Notes: generated by a model from the sequence alone, not told the origin. DNA of 63,966 bases, filler included, from Octopus bimaculoides (GCF_001194135.2; 4 parts of 4 records of this genome joined end to end with filler, not necessarily neighbours in it), one strand, 5' to 3'. Positions 11,321-24,630 are shown, numbered from the whole stretch's first letter. Program-made: numbers and translations.

Positions 11321-12254
11321 AGGAAAAAGATATTATTTCGAAAATATTTCGACATTGTACGAAAAAGATATTATTTCTCTGCAAAAATTTATATTTCGCG
11401 AATGAAAGGTTTCCGAGAGCATTTGTAGCGAGTTTCCTGCCGAGTTTTGAACCGTCGCTCTCATATTTTCCCAGCTCAAGACCGCTCCTTATCATATCAC
11501 CATAAAAGACAATGTGTTGCCATAAAAGGTATTTTTATCTGCGCGTATATGGGTTAACCAATCAATTGGCTGATTTGTTATGGTTGATGCAGCGAACTTA
11601 AGGAGGTGTTTGAATCTTCCTGCCATATAGATTGATCAAAGGTTCTGGAAAATTTTGTTTACAGTTATAAAATGTTGGCGAATTCAACCACAGACTAAAG
11701 CCACCCAGCGGGTCACACGAATCTATGTTGCTTTGGTCATTGAGTTGCTCCCCGCCCTCTTCTACTTTTTCTACTTTCACCATCTGAATTTCATATTTTA
11801 CATGAAATAGGGAACTGCAAGATGAACAAAAGACTCTAATGGTTTATAATACCCAAATGTTTGCTTTCTATTGACAAACTGGGTTTGTTAAGGCCCAGGT
11901 AGAGAGAAATGACCGCTTTCACATCACACTTTTCCCTCAATGTGTTCCAGTGTTTACAAACAATCTCAAAACACCACTCCAGCGCCCTCCATCATGATTT
12001 CGGTGATAAATTCATTCATCCGGGGCAAAAAGATTTAATTCAGTCATGTTGTCATTTTAACTGGGAAAATAAGGAGCGTCACGACTGTTTGGTTATAATG
12101 GAGTTTATCCAGATCAACAACTTCAAATACATAATGCCAAATGGCAACAGATTCCGATATCAAAATAACGTTTCATGAGGCAGGAAGACTCAAGTTCTTA
12201 CTAAAGGTATAATATATTTATAATATATAATATATTCAAAAACAATATAATATA

Positions 12255-12430
12255 TAATTAGTGAGAATTTACAAAAAAAAAAGACAAAAGACGAAGACGG
12301 ATGTGTAAAAAACAAATAGATGTATTAGTTTAACGCTCGGGAAGGTGAGAAAGTCTTTTACGTTTCGAGCCTACGATCTTCGAGAGAAAGGAACACAGAA
12401 ATAAACAGGGAAAGAAAATAGAAATATATA
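12255..12430 (-). mobile_element. PLE-like pseudo-LTR fragment with dead hammerhead (12355-12390)
   Basis: Minus strand: stem I CTTT, core CTCTCGA (mutated), stem II GATC-gtag-GCTC, GAAA, CGTA, AAAG. Followed by GAGCG...TT-rich tail resembling 53143-53270. Confidence 0.55.
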
Positions 12431-12684
12431 ATTACCACATATGTAATATGATATATACATACCTATATATATATNNNNNNNNNNNNNNNNNNNNNNNNNN
12501 NNNNNNNNNNNNNNNNNNNNNNNNNNNNNNNNNNNNNNNNNNNNNNNNNNNNNNNNNNNNNNNNNNNNNNNNNNNNNNNNNNNNGTATTATAGTATATTA
12601 TATTATGTTATATTACATAAAAGCTGGAAGAAATGGTGCCTAGCATTTTATCCGACGCGCTAACGACTCTTCTCACTCGCCATC

Positions 12685-12742
<58 letters not shown>

Positions 12743-13053
12743 CAACAACAATGATAATAACAATGATGATGATATTTGGATAAACTTTTGTATTGAATCC
12801 TCAAAATGTGTTGTCTTCCTTCTGTGTTACGCTTTTGTTCTCAATTCAACCGGTTTCGCAGCCAAATATGGTGAAAGACACCATTGTTTCAAAGCGATAA
12901 ACTTTTTCATCAAATCTATTTTGTTTATCGGAGCAGAATTTTACGAATTGTCGGGACAAAGTTTCGGTCTCCAACTGGAAAGATTAATTATGTAAGGAAT
13001 TGTAGTGTTGGTGCATGGAGTTATATATTTCAGTTTTGTTTTCTTTCTTTCTC

Positions 13054-13084
<31 letters not shown>

Positions 13085-14265
13085 CTGCCTGTCTTGTCTG
13101 TGTAGATAGATAAGAAATATAGATATATTGAAAAAGGGATTGATACATATATGCATATANNNNNNNNNNNNNNNNNNNNNNNNNNNNNNNNNNNNNNNNN
13201 NNNNNNNNNNNNNNNNNNNNNNNNNNNNNNNNNNNNNNNNNNNNNNNNNNNNNNNNNNNNNNNNNNNNNNNNNNNNNNNNNNNNNNNNNNNNNNNNNNNN
13301 NNNNNNNNNNNNNNNNNNNNNNNNNNNNNNNNNNNNNNNNNNNNNNNNNNNNNNNNNNNNNNNNNNNNNNNNNNNNNNNNNNNNNNNNNNNNNNNNNNNN
13401 NNNNNNNNNNNNNNNNNNNNNNNNNNNNNNNNNNNNNNNNNNNNNNNNNNNNNNNNNNNNNNNNNNNNNNNNNNNNNNNNNNNNNNNNNNNNNNNNNNNN
13501 NNNNNNNNNNNNNNNNNNNNNNNNNNNNNNNNNNNNNNNNNNNNNNNNNNNNNNNNNNNNNNNNNNNNNNNNNNNNNNNNNNNNNNNNNNNNNNNNNNNN
13601 NNNNNNNNNNNNNNNNNNNNNNNNNNNNNNNNNNNNNNNNNNNNNNNNNNNNNNNNNNNNNNNNNNNNNNNNNNNNNNNNNNNNNNNNNNCTTTTAAGGC
13701 AAAACTCACTCCGTTGCCTGACTAAAAACTCTGGTCCACATCTTTAATATTTCACAAAAGGAAAGAAAAAAATTACTAAACTCATGATTCTTGGAAGTTC
13801 TTTGTTTCTCAGTGAAAACCCACTAAAATAAGATAACTATCTTCTGCCGAACCGATATGTCGTCTGCTTACAATGGCTTGATTCATGTTATCTCGTTTCT
13901 TTTGTAAATGGGTAGCTTTCTTTTCTCGGGTACTGACGTTCACAGATTGTTAATCAAGACATACAGGGGCTAGCTGAATAATATATTCTTTTCTTCTTTG
14001 TTTTTTTTATATATAATTTCATTCGTTGGTCCACGACCATGCTGGGGCAACACCTTCAAGGCGGCGAATTCGTTTTTAAACATTGGCTTTTAAACATAAA
14101 TTTCTGTCTGCCAATATGTCAGTATTTCCGCCATTGAAAGAATTAAGTTTTTGACAACAATGTCTCCACTTCTGACATATTTCCTAGTCACATCACAGCT
14201 AATGGACCCAAGAAAGAAATCAATGCTTACAAGAATTTATGTATTACATCTGAATGTCCAATGAG

Positions 14266-14338
14266 TCAAGACCGCCACACGGTTTCGATTCTTTGTAAGA
14301 GCTGTTCCATTTCACTTAAATCGCGAATTCTCCGCTTT
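14266..14338 (-). CDS. Candidate terminal exon of an unknown minus-strand transcript
   Basis: Strong acceptor TTACATTCATTCTTTTCAG|. Phase 0 gives KAENSRFK*; phase 2 gives KRRIRDLSEMEQLLQRIETVWRS* (stop at 14266-14268). No homology recognised. Confidence 0.3.
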
Positions 14339-14539
14339 CTGAAAAGAATGAATGTAACAACATCACGTTGGTTGATTTCCTTTTTTATAAACTGAAATAT
14401 TTATATATTTACAAACGTTTCAAACCCTTTATTTCATTTCCTTTTATTGTATTAGTTTAATAAGTTAACAAAATCAGTAATGTGTGTGTGTGTGTAGATA
14501 TGTAGGCATTTATAAGTGTGTGTGTGCATATATACATAC

Positions 14540-14635
<96 letters not shown>

Positions 14636-15049
14636 AAACATACACACACACACACATATATATATATGGATCATTAATAAATTAATTAATTAAGCAATTA
14701 TATAAGGGTCATTAATTAATGTCTGGTGATGTCGAACATGGAGAAATATAAAAAAATACCCTAAGCCCAATCTGTTCTGCTAAATTACACACAGACCAAC
14801 AACAACAACAAAAAGTTGGTTAAGCCTCAGAAAATAAATAAATAAATGGATTCAGGAAACATAACAAAGTATAAAAAACAATACTCTCTCTCTCTCTCTC
14901 ACTCTCTCACACTCTTTCCCTCTCATTCCGTCTGTCTATCTGATTCTCACTCTATGACGCTTTTTATGCCTTTCACTCTCTTTTTACTCCTATCTCTCTT
15001 TCTCTCTGTCTTTCTCTTTTTCTCTGTCTTTCTCTTTCTCGCTCACTCT

Positions 15050-15096
<47 letters not shown>

Positions 15097-15644
15097 ACCC
15101 ATGTATTTCATCTTTATTTTTCCATCTCTGCATGTGTTCGTCTCTTTCGAACCATGGGACTGTGGGATTTATGTATCTATATGCNNNNNNNNNNNNNNNN
15201 NNNNNNNNNNNNNNNNNNNNNNNNNNNNNNNNNNNNNNNNNNNNNNNNNNNNNNNNNNNNNNNNNNNNNNNNNNNNNNNNNNNNNNNNNNNNNNNNNNNN
15301 NNNNNNNNNNNNNNNNNNNNNNNNNNNNNNNNNNNNNNNNNNNNNNNNNNNNNNNNNNNNNNNNNNNNNNNNNNNNNNNNNNNNNNNNNNNNNNNNNNNN
15401 NNNNNNNNNNNNNNNNNNNNNNNNNNNNNNNNNNNNNNNNNNNNNNNNNNNNNNNNNNNNNNNNNNNNNNNNNNNNNNNNNNNNNNNNNNNNNNNNNNNN
15501 NNNNNNNNNNNNNNNNNNNNNNNNNNNNNNNNNNNNNNNNNTCCAACTACCAAATCCACTCTCTATAGTAGAAGATACTTACCCAAGGTACCACGCAGTG
15601 GAACTGAACCCGGAACTATGTGGTTGGTAAGCAAGCTACTTACC

Positions 15645-15698
<54 letters not shown>

Positions 15699-15930
15699 TA
15701 AGAAATATAGAAAAAGTCCAAAGAAGGGAAGACAGAGAAAGAAAATCTCCAACGATACACACGCGGTCACATTGAAAGTGTGTGTGTGTATATATATATA
15801 TTTGGCCAAGGTGCCGCAGAAAGGAACCGAACCCGGAACCATGTGGTTAGGAAGTAAACTTCATACGACACAGCCATCATGCGCCTAAATACATAGATAC
15901 GCGTATATACATACATACATTCATACATAT

Positions 15931-15965
<35 letters not shown>

Positions 15966-16314
15966 CACGACACAGCCATCATGCGCCCAAAAACATACAT
16001 ACACATATATACATACATACATACATACATACATACATACATGTATGTATGTACGTACGTATATATGTGTATGTATGTAGGTATGTACGTATATANNNNN
16101 NNNNNACATACATACATACATACATGTATGTATGTACGTACGTATATATGTGTATGTATGTAGGTATGTACGTATATACGTATGTACGTACGTATCTATG
16201 TACGTACGTATGTATGTTTGTATGTGTGCATGTATGTATGTATGTATGTATGTAAGTATGTATGTATGTATGTATGTACGTACGTACGTATGTATGCTCG
16301 CATTCGTTTCTTAC

Positions 16315-16466
16315 CTGGCAATTGTCACAGCAGACCGACCGGAAACGGAGGAAAAGGCCGTCTATTGACATTCTTCTCTTCGATGTCAGCTGAATAAATT
16401 GTTTCGTAAAACTCTGCCGCATTTCGGACACGTCATACATAGACACTGGTAGAGACATAAGTACAC
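16315..16466 (-). CDS. Candidate internal exon of an unknown minus-strand transcript
   Basis: Unique CpG-rich island between microsatellites. TAG| acceptor (weak pyrimidine tract) and strong CAG|GTAAGA donor. Open frame GVLMSLPVSMYDVSEMRQSFTKQFIQLTSKRRMSIDGLFLRFRSVCCDNCQ. Confidence 0.3.
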
Positions 16467-16564
16467 CTACGCACACATACATACACATACACGCACACAC
16501 ACACATACATATACATGCACAAACATAAACATGGTTATATATTGCTCCATAATGTATATGTAGG

Positions 16565-16608
<44 letters not shown>

Positions 16609-16609
16609 A

Positions 16610-16670
<61 letters not shown>

Positions 16671-16686
16671 CATAGATACATACATA

Positions 16687-17567
16687 CAGGGTGCGAGGGA
16701 GTCAATTGTCGTCATTTTGTATTTTTTATTTCGCACATGTGCAATGTTTGCTTTTGATTTTGTCGACTACACAATATTATAGGGGCGTCGGGCATCGTCT
16801 GTGAGAAAAATAGCACCATGACACAATTCACTCTGCCAGAAATTTGGAAACGACAAGCTGTACTGCTTGGCATTCGCACCGGAAGCTCCAGTACGAACAT
16901 ATGGTGACCACACAGAACAACTGTTGGCTTGCCGCGGCCCCAAAACATGTACCTACAGTGATGAAAATCAAACATCCAGTCAACTTCCTGGTGTTTGGAG
17001 TGATCACTAGTGATGGCGACGTTATACCGCCATTCATCTTCCCACACGGCCTCAGACTCAACATGGAGCACTACATCAAGTTCCTGGAGGAGGTAGAGCT
17101 GCTCTGGGTCAAGTGGGTGGCTGCTGGAAGACCCTATGTCTGGCAAAAGGACTCAGCACCACGCCACACAAGTAGGAAAACCCAGTCATGGCTATCAGAC
17201 AATTTCTGTGACCACATCACCCCTAACATCTGGCCACCCAACTCCCCAGACTGCAACCGTCTTGATTATTATGTATGGGGCGCAGCTGAGTGAGAGACCA
17301 ACACAACTCCTTGTAACACCAAACATGAACTGAAGGATAGGGTTATGGCAGCATTCATCAACTTAAACAAGGAGACCGTCCAGAAAAGTTGTAGGAGATT
17401 CCAAAGTCGTCTGGAGGCCGCGGTTGAAGCCAATGGCGATTTTATTGAGAAAATTTACTCTTCAAAATATTTTTATGTAATTTTGGTAAATATATCTGTT
17501 AAAATGAGAAATCAGTATTATTTTCATCTTTGCGTAATTTAGACGACTATATATTCGCTGCACCCTG
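16687..17567 (+). mobile_element. Tc1/mariner DD37D (maT) transposon, internally deleted
   Basis: TA-CAGGGTGC...GCACCCTG-TA termini with a GTCGTC/GACGAC sub-motif. Transposase remnants include WQKDSAPRH and SPDCNRLDYYVWG, with 37 residues between the two aspartates. Confidence 0.9.
16818..17448 (+). pseudogene. maT transposase pseudogene
   Basis: MTQFTLPEIWKRQAVLLGIRTGS jumps to the mid-catalytic region (VFGVITSDGDVIPPFIF). The HTH and first catalytic D are missing. A frameshift after VWGAAE precedes LKDRVMAAFINLNKETVQKSCRRFQSRLEAAVEANGDFIE. Confidence 0.85.
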
Positions 17568-18611
17568 TATATACAAATACATATACATACATTCAATATA
17601 GCTGAAGAAGTAGAATGTTCTCTATGTGGCTCGTGTGTTCTCGTCTACGTTTGTGTGCAATGTCCTGTACCCAGATATGCACCTATACATACAGGTGGAT
17701 GTCGGTATGCACATACCTGTACGTATATATGCATATACTCATTTACTTTTGTTTTTACATGATTGAACGCAGCGTCTCACAAAAATTGTAAGTAGTTCGT
17801 AAACTTATCCTCCGACGCTACTCTATCTCTTTCTNNNNNNNNNNNNNNNNNNNNNNNNNNNNNNNNNNNNNNNNNNNNNNNNNNNNNNNNNNNNNNNNNN
17901 NNNNNNNNNNNNNNNNNNNNNNNNNNNNNNNNNNNNNNNNNNNNNNNNNNNNNNNNNNNNNNNNNNNNNNNNNNNNNNNNNNNNNNNNNNNNNNNNNNNN
18001 NNNNNNNNNNNNNNNNNNNNNNNNNNNNNNNNNNNNNNNNNNNNNNNNNNNNNNNNNNNNNNNNNNNNNNNNNNNNNNNNNNNNNNNNNNNNNNNNNNNN
18101 NNNNNNNNNNNNNNNNNNNNNNNNNNNNNNNNNNNNNNNNNNNNNNNNNNNNNNNNNNNNNNNNNNNNNNNNNNNNNNNNNNNNNNNNNNNNNNNNNNNN
18201 NNNNNNNNNNNNNNNNNNNNNNNNNNNNNNNNNNNNNNNNNNNNNNNNNNNNNNNNNNNNNNNNNNNNNNNNNNNNNNNNNNNNNNNNNNNNNNNNNNNN
18301 NNNNNNNNNNNNNNNNNNNNNNNNNNNNNNNNNNNNNNNNNNNNNNNNNNNNNNNNNNNNNNNNNNNNNNNNNNNNNNNNNNNNNNNNNNNNNNNNNNNN
18401 NNNNNNNNNNNNNNNNNNNNNNNNNNNNNNNNNNNNNNNNNNNNNNNNNNNNNNNNNNNNNNNNNNNNNNNNNNNNNNNNNNNNNNNNNNNNNNNNNNNN
18501 NNNNNNNNNNNNNNNNNNNNNNNNNNNNNNNNNNNNNNNNNNNNNNNNNNNNNNNNNNNNNNNNNNNNNNNNNNNNNNNNNNNNNNNNNNNNNNNNNNNN
18601 NNNNNNNNNNN

Positions 18612-18649
<38 letters not shown>

Positions 18650-18704
18650 TCACACACACACACACACACACACACAGGTACATATATACATATGTACATA
18701 CGTA

Positions 18705-18750
<46 letters not shown>

Positions 18751-19596
18751 TGTGTGTGTGTAGGACTCACCAGCCAGTTTCGATGTATATACGTATTTCG
18801 TTTTTATTGTCCTGTTTTTAGCTCGCTATGACATGTGCGCACAGTCTGAGGATTGCGTGGCGGCAGCAGACGTGTTAAAAATGCTGTCTGAGCTGCTTTA
18901 ACCGCATGAAACTAATAATAGCTCATAAAAATATGTACTGTGTTTATTAAATAATATTTATCTCTCACCAGATGGAGCACTTTTCTGTTGAACTTACCAT
19001 CACAGAACAGAACACTATATGTATATATCCATACAATATATATGTGTGTGTGTGTATATATATATANNNNNNNNNNNNNNNNNNNNNNNNNNNNNNNNNN
19101 NNNNNNNNNNNNNNNNNNNNNNNNNNNNNNNNNNNNNNNNNNNNNNNNNNNNNNNNNNNNNNNNNNNNNNNNNNNNNNNNNNNNNNNNNNNNNNNNNNNN
19201 NNNNNNNNNNNNNNNNNNNNNNNNNNNNNNNNNNNNNNNNNNNNNNNNNNNNNNNNNNNNNNNNNNNNNNNNNNNNNNNNNNNNNNNNNNNNNNNNNNNN
19301 NNNNNNNNNNNNNNNNNNNNNNNNNNNNNNNNNNNNNNNNNNNNNNNNNNNNNNNNNNNNNNNNNNNNNNNNNNNNNNNNNNNNNNNNNNNNNNNNNNNN
19401 NNNNNNNNNNNNNNNNNNNNNNNNNNNNNNNNNNNNNNNNNNNNNNNNNNNNNNNNNNNNNNNNNNNNNNNNNNNNNNNNNNNNNNNNNNNNNNNNNNNN
19501 NNNNNNNNNNNNNNNNNNNNNNNNNNNNNNNNNNNNNNNNNNNNNNNNNNNNNNNNNNNNNNNNNNNNNNNNNNNNNNNNNTATATATATATATAT

Positions 19597-22059
19597 ATTG
19601 AATTGAATTGAACTGATCTAGTTTCAGCTCATGAGCTGTGGGCCATGCTGGGGCACCGCTATTTGGTGTTGGTACATAATTTTTACTTCACTAATTCTTT
19701 TTAGAACTTGACATTTGGTACATGAGGGAGTTTGGCGCCGCTGCCCTCATTTCCACTTCCTGCTGTGAAGTTGGTTCATCTGAGACTCTTGACAACAAGA
19801 AGTCTAGTTTCGTTTTGAAGACATCTACATCCACCCCATGTAGGTCTTTCAGGTCCTTCGGGAGGATATTGAAGAGATGTGGGCCCTTAAAGCCCAGTCT
19901 GCTGCAATATCTTGTCCTATATTTTGATGGCAAAATTGGAGCTTTGGCACTATGGAGTGGCACCCTGCTCTAGCGTTAGTATAACTCTCAGTGCCAAACT
20001 TTGGGACAAGTTCCTCCAGGATCTTCCAGATGTATATAACGGCATATCTTTCCCGCCTAAGCTCCAGGAAATAGAGTCTCAATCTTTTGAGTCTTTCCCA
20101 GTAGCTTATATGCTGCATAGAGGCTATCTCCTTCATGTAGCTTCGTTGGATTGCTTCAAGTTCTGCAATTAATTTGACACTGGTAGGTGACCATAGCTGG
20201 GAGCAATAGTCAAAGTGGCTTAGGACAAATATCATCCAGAGAACCATCATGGTTTCCTGATCTCTCCTTTTAAAAGTTCTAAGAATCCATCCGGTCGGCC
20301 GCCTGCGTTTCATTGCCAACTTAGTAATATGCACATGGAAGATGCATCATTACTCATGTAAATGCCCAGATCTCGCACTAACTCTGTCTCTGGGATTGAA
20401 ATCCCTCCAGGTCCAGCGTATTTAATTGGTATTGCATTTAGTTTAGCATGCTGATAGCATAGGGTTTGAAACTTTTCAGCATTAAACTGCATGTTATTCT
20501 TCTTAGACCACGTGTATATTTCATCTAACTCTCGTTGCAAGTGCATAGAATCTTGAGGTTTCTGTATCACCTGTGAGACTTTTGTACCATCTGCATAACT
20601 TGTGATCGTGGCTCTCTCTGTGACTGAGGGCATATCTGAGAGGGCCATTATGAACAGTAGTGGTCCCAGAACAGTGCCTCGCGGAACATCAATCACTATT
20701 TGCGTGTCATTTGAGGTGACCCCATTGGCTACTACTGCTTGACTTCTATCTTTCAGAAAGTCATGCAGCCATTCACCAAATTTCCCGACTATGCCAAGAT
20801 CACGAGACTTGTGACATATCATTCCATGATCAACTTTGTCGAAAGCCTTTGCAAAGTCGAGATATATCACTTCAACATTTGAGTGGTTGAGCAGCTGTTT
20901 CAACACCCAGTCATAGTGTTGTAAGAGCTGAGTCAGGTAGCTTTTTCCTGGTCGGAAACCATGTTGAGTGTCAGTCAGCAAGTCATTTTCCTCAAGGAAT
21001 GTGATTCGTTTTCTTCTGACTATTTGTTCCATGATTTTACTGATGTGCGAGGTCAGAAAAATAGGGATGTAGTTTTGGGCTTTTGCTCTCCTACCTCCTT
21101 TATGGACGGGGCGTATTTTCCCTTCCTTCTCCCTGCTTTGAAGTTTGCCACTTGTAAGGAAGCTCCGGAAGAGAGACTGCAGTGGTTGTTGCTAGAACCT
21201 GCTTACAGGATTTTAGAAGGATTGCTGGGAATCCATCAGGGATAGTCGCTGAGTTCGGGTTCATCTCATCTATAGCCCTTATTACATCGTCTTCTTTCAT
21301 ATTGATGTAATCATTCATCACTAACACTGTTTCTATATTTGCGGTGGTGAAAAAGTCAGCTGCATTGCTGACTTGCAAGTGTCCTAGAGGTGGAGTGAAA
21401 ACACTTTTGAATTGCTCATTTAGTATTTCACTTATCCTCATTGGGTTTCTTGTGAGTGAAACATTCTTGTTTTTTTTGTTTTCGAGGAGTGGCCCTACTT
21501 TGCAGTGCACTGAGGCTGTTTGTTTGGCAAAATTGTGGAAGGCTCTGGGGTTAGATTTTATATTGTCTATAGCCCAGGTTTCTTCGTCTGCTCTTTCTTT
21601 TTCATGGGAGATTTTTTTCAATCTCCAGAAGTTGTATTTTCAGGCGGGATTTTTCACTGCTCTCAATTTGTCTGTTTAGGCGATTTGAAATTTTTGTACG
21701 CCGTCTCATAAGAACTTTCCTCTCCCTGGGGATTTTGTTCTTGTGTACAGTGGCTTTTCTCTCCGGTACACATTTGTAGCATATGGCTTGCATTACAGAC
21801 ATGAATTGTTGGAGTTTCATGTCGATGTCCGGTGAGGAGAGACATTTAGGCCAGTTTTGTTTGAGGATCTCTTTCTGAATTTATTTCCAGTTTGCATTAT
21901 GGAAGTTCAAACTGGAAAGATTTTGAGAGCTTCTTGTAGGCTGCATGCCCATGGTTTCCTTTGGTCCGTACATGGTCAGCTCTACCATATTGTGGTTCGA
22001 GAGTAGCATCGGTGTCACTTTCATATTATAGATGAGATCTATATTATTTGTGAAACAGA
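19597..22059 (-). mobile_element. CR1-group LINE, decayed, 5' part lost in or before the gap
   Basis: Frameshifted ORF2 pieces: QHGFRPGKS, VIYLDFAKAFDKVDH, VPRGTVLGPLLF, SYADGTK (YADD with D to G) and SHFDYCSQLWSP. Short 3' UTR and (TTCAA)n tail at 19597-19613. Confidence 0.92.
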
Positions 22060-23518
22060 NNNNNNNNNNNNNNNNNNNNNNNNNNNNNNNNNNNNNNNNN
22101 NNNNNNNNNNNNNNNNNNNNNNNNNNNNNNNNNNNNNNNNNNNNNNNNNNNNNNNNNNNNNNNNNNNNNNNNNNNNNNNNNNNNNNNNNNNNNNNNNNNN
22201 NNNNNNNNNNNNNNNNNNNNNNNNNNNNNNNNNNNNNNNNNNNNNNNNNNNNNNNNNNNNNNNNNNNNNNNNNNNNNNNNNNNNNNNNNNNNNNNNNNNN
22301 NNNNNNNNNNNNNNNNNNNNNNNNNNNNNNNNNNNNNNNNNNNNNNNNNNNNNNNNNNNNNNNNNNNNNNNNNNNNNNNNNNNNNNNNNNNNNNNNNNNN
22401 NNNNNNNNNNNNNNNNNNNNNNNNNNNNNNNNNNNNNNNNNNNNNNNNNNNNNNNNNNNNNNNNNNNNNNNNNNNNNNNNNNNNNNNNNNNNNNNNNNNN
22501 NNNNNNNNNNNNNNNNNNNNNNNNNNNNNNNNNNNNNNNNNNNNNNNNNNNNNNNNNNNNNNNNNNNNNNNNNNNNNNNNNNNNNNNNNNNNNNNNNNNN
22601 NNNNNNNNNNNNNNNNNNNNNNNNNNNNNNNNNNNNNNNNNNNNNNNNNNNNNNNNNNNNNNNNNNNNNNNNNNNNNNNNNNNNNNNNNNNNNNNNNNNN
22701 NNNNNNNNTATATATATATATATATATATATATATCATAAATTACCTGCGTGCTATATATGTATGTCTATGTCTGGCTACACCCGAAACGGGTTAGCTGA
22801 CAATGTCCAAGTACTCCAGGCAACGGGTGGCTCGTGTCGTGGCGCCTTTCATACCTTAATAAATCTTGACGACAAAGTAACAGATTCACAATCATTCACG
22901 TATATACCTATACACACACACACACGTGTGTGTATATACATATACACACATATCTGTGTGTATGTATGTATATAAATACGCATACATGCATCTATATGCA
23001 TATATACAAATATATACATATATATATGCATAAAGATAGATGCATGTATACTTGTATTATATATATACGTATGTATGTTTGTGTGTATGTACGTATATGG
23101 ATGGGTGTATATATGAAAAGTAACACTGCTGCAGTCAATAACAGAGGTACATGACTGTATCTGATCTCCTTAAATTGTTTACTTATTATCATCTGTCCGT
23201 GGCTTGTAATGATGGATTGGCCTGGGTGGTTCGTGGTGGTCGCGGGTTGGGAATGACAGGCGTTGTCGTCGGCGTCGTCGTCAGGACAGTCGCCATAGCT
23301 GTGACAATGGTGACGATTGGTGGCTGTGGATGATTGCGTAGATGATGACGATGGTGGTGGTGGTGGTGGTGGTGATGACCATGATGGGGTTGTCAGTGGT
23401 GGTGAGGGTAGCGGTGAAGGTGGAGTCGATGGCAACTACAATGCAAACAATAGGTGGGCTGTGATGTCGTTCATGCAGGCGCTATTGCTCTTGACGATGA
23501 TGATCACAACGACGCCGA

Positions 23519-23551
<33 letters not shown>

Positions 23552-23734
23552 CCATAGTGATGATGATGATGACGATGATGGTGGTGGTGGTGGCGGCGCT
23601 GCTTCTGCCTGTAAATAGCTTTGTAATGAAGCATGCATAATCGTTATATGAAACCAAAAGGGATTTATCATTTCTTGTGCCAAACGACAAACAGCCTGCG
23701 GTCGTCGTAGCGCAACAATCGGTAAATAAACAAA

Positions 23735-23775
<41 letters not shown>

Positions 23776-24085
23776 CGTGTCTGTATGTGTTCGTGTGTTT
23801 ATGTGTGTCGATAAATTTATGTGTTCCTGAATGAAGTCACACATACAAAACATACGTGTGTGTGTGTGTGTGTGTGCGTTTATGTCTGTTTGTCTGTCTT
23901 TCTGTCCGTCTGGATGTATGCACGCAGGCGTGTGTATATTTGTGTAAATATGTATGTCAGTATGCATGTATGCATATGTGTTATATGTGTGTGTGTGTAT
24001 GTGTGTGTGTGCGTAAGTTCTAGGGATCTAGGTGTAGGAAGAAAGCGTCAAGCAATCCGTAATTCTTATGAGTATGTGTGTGTGC

Positions 24086-24137
<52 letters not shown>

Positions 24138-24245
24138 NNNNNNNNNNNNNNNNNNNNNNNNNNNNNNNNNNNNNNNNNNNNNNNNNNNNNNNNNNNNNNN
24201 NNNNNNNNNNNNNNNNNNNNNNNNNNNNNNNNNNNNNNNNNNNNN

Positions 24246-24288
<43 letters not shown>

Positions 24289-24506
24289 AGAGAGCAATAA
24301 GAAAATGGAGGGGTTCAAAAGGTGGTATTCATCAACTTTTAGATATTATATTATGTCAATTTATTTATTTACCTAAAAGGACAATTATAACAATATACAT
24401 ACATGTATGACATATTATGCTTTACATATATAATATATGAAATATAAAAATATTAGTAATTATTAAAATATAACATATAGCAAATAGCAATAGAAATTGG
24501 GATAAT

Positions 24507-24630
24507 ATCTTACAGCTGTTTCAGCCAAGAGGCAATAATACCTCATTCTACTTTTATCCTCACAGTAGACTGAAGTAATTAGTAGATGAAATTGAGGTAC
24601 TTGGGTGTTTCTCTAGGCTTCGTCAGAGAT
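24507..24630 (-). ncRNA. Type-I hammerhead ribozyme with long stem II, intact core
   Basis: Minus strand: stem I ATCT, core CTGACGA, stem II AGCCTAGAG...CTCTTGGCT, GAAA, CAGCTGTA, AGAT. Stem III is the palindrome ACAGCTGT, triplet GTA. Inner stem II pairing TACCTCA/TGAGGTA. Confidence 0.75.

Noticed and set aside
11400-12180. Complex CpG-containing stretch, possible decayed coding sequence
   Set aside because: Stops in all frames and no motif I could assign.
22992-23690. Pro/Ser-rich and Gly/Asp-rich ORFs
   Set aside because: Trinucleotide mosaic with no homology or splice support.
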